Assembly: GCA_012026655.1 (NCBI GenBank)
Contig: JAAILG010001644.1
Coordinates: 1-63,629, forward strand
Direction of reading: 5' to 3'
Length of the DNA stretch: 63,629 bases
Origin: Hydrolagus affinis
Lineage: Eukaryota
The notes beneath the pieces were generated by a model, which saw only the letters and a list, made by a program, of their open reading frames with translations, was not told the DNA's origin and did not search any database. Numbering within the stretch: position 1 is the stretch's first letter; each line of letters starts with the position of its first letter. The position numbers and the translations under genes were made by a program. Below, in pieces: positions 61,452-63,629 of the stretch.

Positions 61452-62214
61452 CTGTCTCTAAAGTCCCTTGAGCCAGCTCTCGGAGGCTGCTTAGTGGTGA
61501 ATGGCTCTGGCCGGCTCCCTGTATTCGGGCCCTTCTCTCTGACAGATGCTCCAACTTGCTACTGACAATTCTCTGACAGGAAAAGGGATCGGCTGCTTTT
61601 TTTTTTGCCTTCGCGCATTTTTGCATTGGCTGTCAAATAAATACTAACTATATATATGATACTGACTCATAAAACTTCTATCATGCAACACAATACGTAT
61701 AAAGTCTAGGCTATCCTTTCCATGAGTTAGGAGAGAGGCCTTCTGATGGCTCAATGGATAAATGAGTCTGTATTGTGAGACTAAGCAATACAGTGCAGGA
61801 AGATTCCGAAATTGAATCCTTGATCTATATTAGTTTCAATACAGGGACACCATGACCGATCTCAATAGACTCTTCTGCCTGTGTAAGAACTCCGGTAGCT
61901 TTAGCAAATTTGTTGCTGTGCATTTATAAATAAACTGCAACCCAATTTTCTATGTATAATTTCATTTTATATTTATAACACAATGATATTTATAATTTAA
62001 AATTGCATTATAGTTATTTTTAAATGCATTGCGATGAATTATCTGCAATGAGTAAAAGCAAAAGAATAACCCTCAATGACACTGAGCTGCTTGGGGCAAA
62101 CATGCAGCCAGCATTCGTGCTCTGAGATTTCTTCTGTATCCATTGACCCGCGATAGAAAATGTACCTATATAGATATTGAACAAAGACAACATAAGTCTT
62201 GCCTCTGATGCCTT

Positions 62215-62310
62215 TGCTGACACTCAGTGGCTGTGCTCCCACATGAAGAATGGCCACTTGGGCGAGAGACTGGAGGGCATTTGTAACACAGCGTGACTTA
62301 GTGTTTTCTG
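62215..62310 (+). mobile_element. SINE family B 3' fragment
   Basis: gctgacactcagtgg...cacatgaagaatggccacttgggcgagagactggagggc. Confidence 0.62.
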
Positions 62311-62914
62311 GGGAAAAATTATATTTTTTCTCGTGTCAAACCCTGAGGAGGGAGAAAGGGTTTACAGCTATACTCTAAATAATGCCAATATCATTATTCA
62401 GCTGCTGACTACACTATCGCACTCTTGGAGGTCCAGGCTCCTTGCATAGTCTCCTGGCCATGGAAATAGGATTTTCCAATACCAGTAGATTGCTCATCTC
62501 TGAAAGGAGAAAAGAGCACTTAATTCAAAATGTGACATTTCTCTACTATTTCATTAACAAACGTAACTTTAATTTACAATGTCACACCACCTACATCAAA
62601 TATGAAAGAAAATTTGCATTCATTTTCATTTATTTTGTGCTGGATACATTACTCCAGGTTTTCCTGTTTGTAGCCCACTCACAGACTACCATTTAAAGAG
62701 TAATTTTACTCCTAGCAAATATAAAATGTTACTTACACAGCTGTTACTGCTTAGTGTTATCTTTAAACCCTGAAATGTGAAATCCGATCCATCACAGGAG
62801 CACTTTCGTTCTGCATTTTGAAACATTTATTTAGCAAATAAAACCTTAACACTTCATAATCCCACCCTCTTCCCTCCTCCCCACTGTTGTATCTGCAATT
62901 GCCTTAAAGATACA

Positions 62915-63185
62915 GCTCCCCTGATGCTTCAGTTGGTAAAGTCACTGCCTAGAGTCAAATGGAGCCATACAAACTCAGAAGGTTCCCTGGTTTGATCTCT
63001 CATCTGTGTTAAATTAACTGATCTCAGCTAGAGTTGTAGTAGGGTGTGCTACAATTGGCTATACTGTGCCTAGGTTAGTGAGGGAAAGGGGGGTGAAATC
63101 AGATAGGTTTCCCATTCCTTTAATGCTATCCATTGAATCCTTCTCAAACATGCATCTATGGATATTAGAGAAAAAGATAAGTCAA
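62915..63185 (+). mobile_element. SINE family B 5' two-thirds, best-preserved head
   Basis: ctcccctgatgcttcagttggtaaagtcactgcc...gagccatac...gaaggttccctggtttgatc...ctgatctcagct...ctacaattggc...aaatcagatagggtttccc. Confidence 0.68.
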
Positions 63186-63629
63186 ATGACTGTCAAATGT
63201 CCTGTACTTGGATCTGTACTTTAATGTCTTTTGGAGGAGAGAATTAGAGTGGATAAGTGAAAAATTCATTATTAAACCGATAGATAAGAATGGCTCCGTG
63301 AAGGTGATGAGTTTCTCAAAAACTCCCAAGCAAATCAGAGTTCAGAGACTGTAACGATATTATGGGAAAGTTTGAAAGAAATTCAACAGTTGACAAGTGG
63401 AAAGTTCAGGATTAACTTTCCTGTAAAATAGAAACTCCGCTCATGTAAATACAATTACTTGATGGGAAATTGAGCTTTTAATTCCATTCGGCTATTAAGC
63501 CATACTTACATCAAAATGTTATCTTTTGAAAGTGACTAATCGTGCAAATAGCCAGGTTTAGCAAATTACACTAACCATACAATGATGGTAGAATTAATAT
63601 AATAACAGTAATAATTTTACATTGGTCAC

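Noticed and set aside
1-63629. Prokaryote-style systems (operons, CRISPR, defence islands) or endogenous viral genes
   Set aside because: No gene-dense stretch, no regularly spaced repeat-spacer array and no recognisable viral ORF; the sequence is eukaryotic non-coding DNA.

Overview
This is vertebrate nuclear DNA, AT-rich, CpG-depleted and dense in retroposons. The repeat complement suggests a cartilaginous fish, probably a chimaera (inference): CR1 with (ATTCTATG)n tails, L2 with (TTG)n tails, DeuSINE-like elements, a tRNA-headed SINE with a (TTA)n tail, and no obvious V-SINE/HE1. I cannot support any host protein-coding gene. Every recognisable ORF is a CR1 or L2 ORF2 remnant and the rest look spurious, so the window reads as a large intron or gene desert. 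It holds 5'-truncated L2 and CR1 copies and three SINE families: A (tRNA head, L2-type stem-loop tail, (TTA)n), B (old, about 30 copies, recalled as AmnSINE2-like) and DeuSINE-like. TE-poor blocks between them are rich in homeodomain, Pbx/Meis, RFX and nuclear-receptor motifs, as expected of developmental enhancers. The best finds are a pre-tRNA-Asp/CR1 chimeric retrocopy nested in a DeuSINE (57513-57747), an L2 with twin-priming-type 5' inversion geometry (1-540), and a motif-dense candidate enhancer at 53089-53480. Coordinates were read by eye, so edges of old repeats are approximate. Family names come from recall of consensus sequences, not from a database search.
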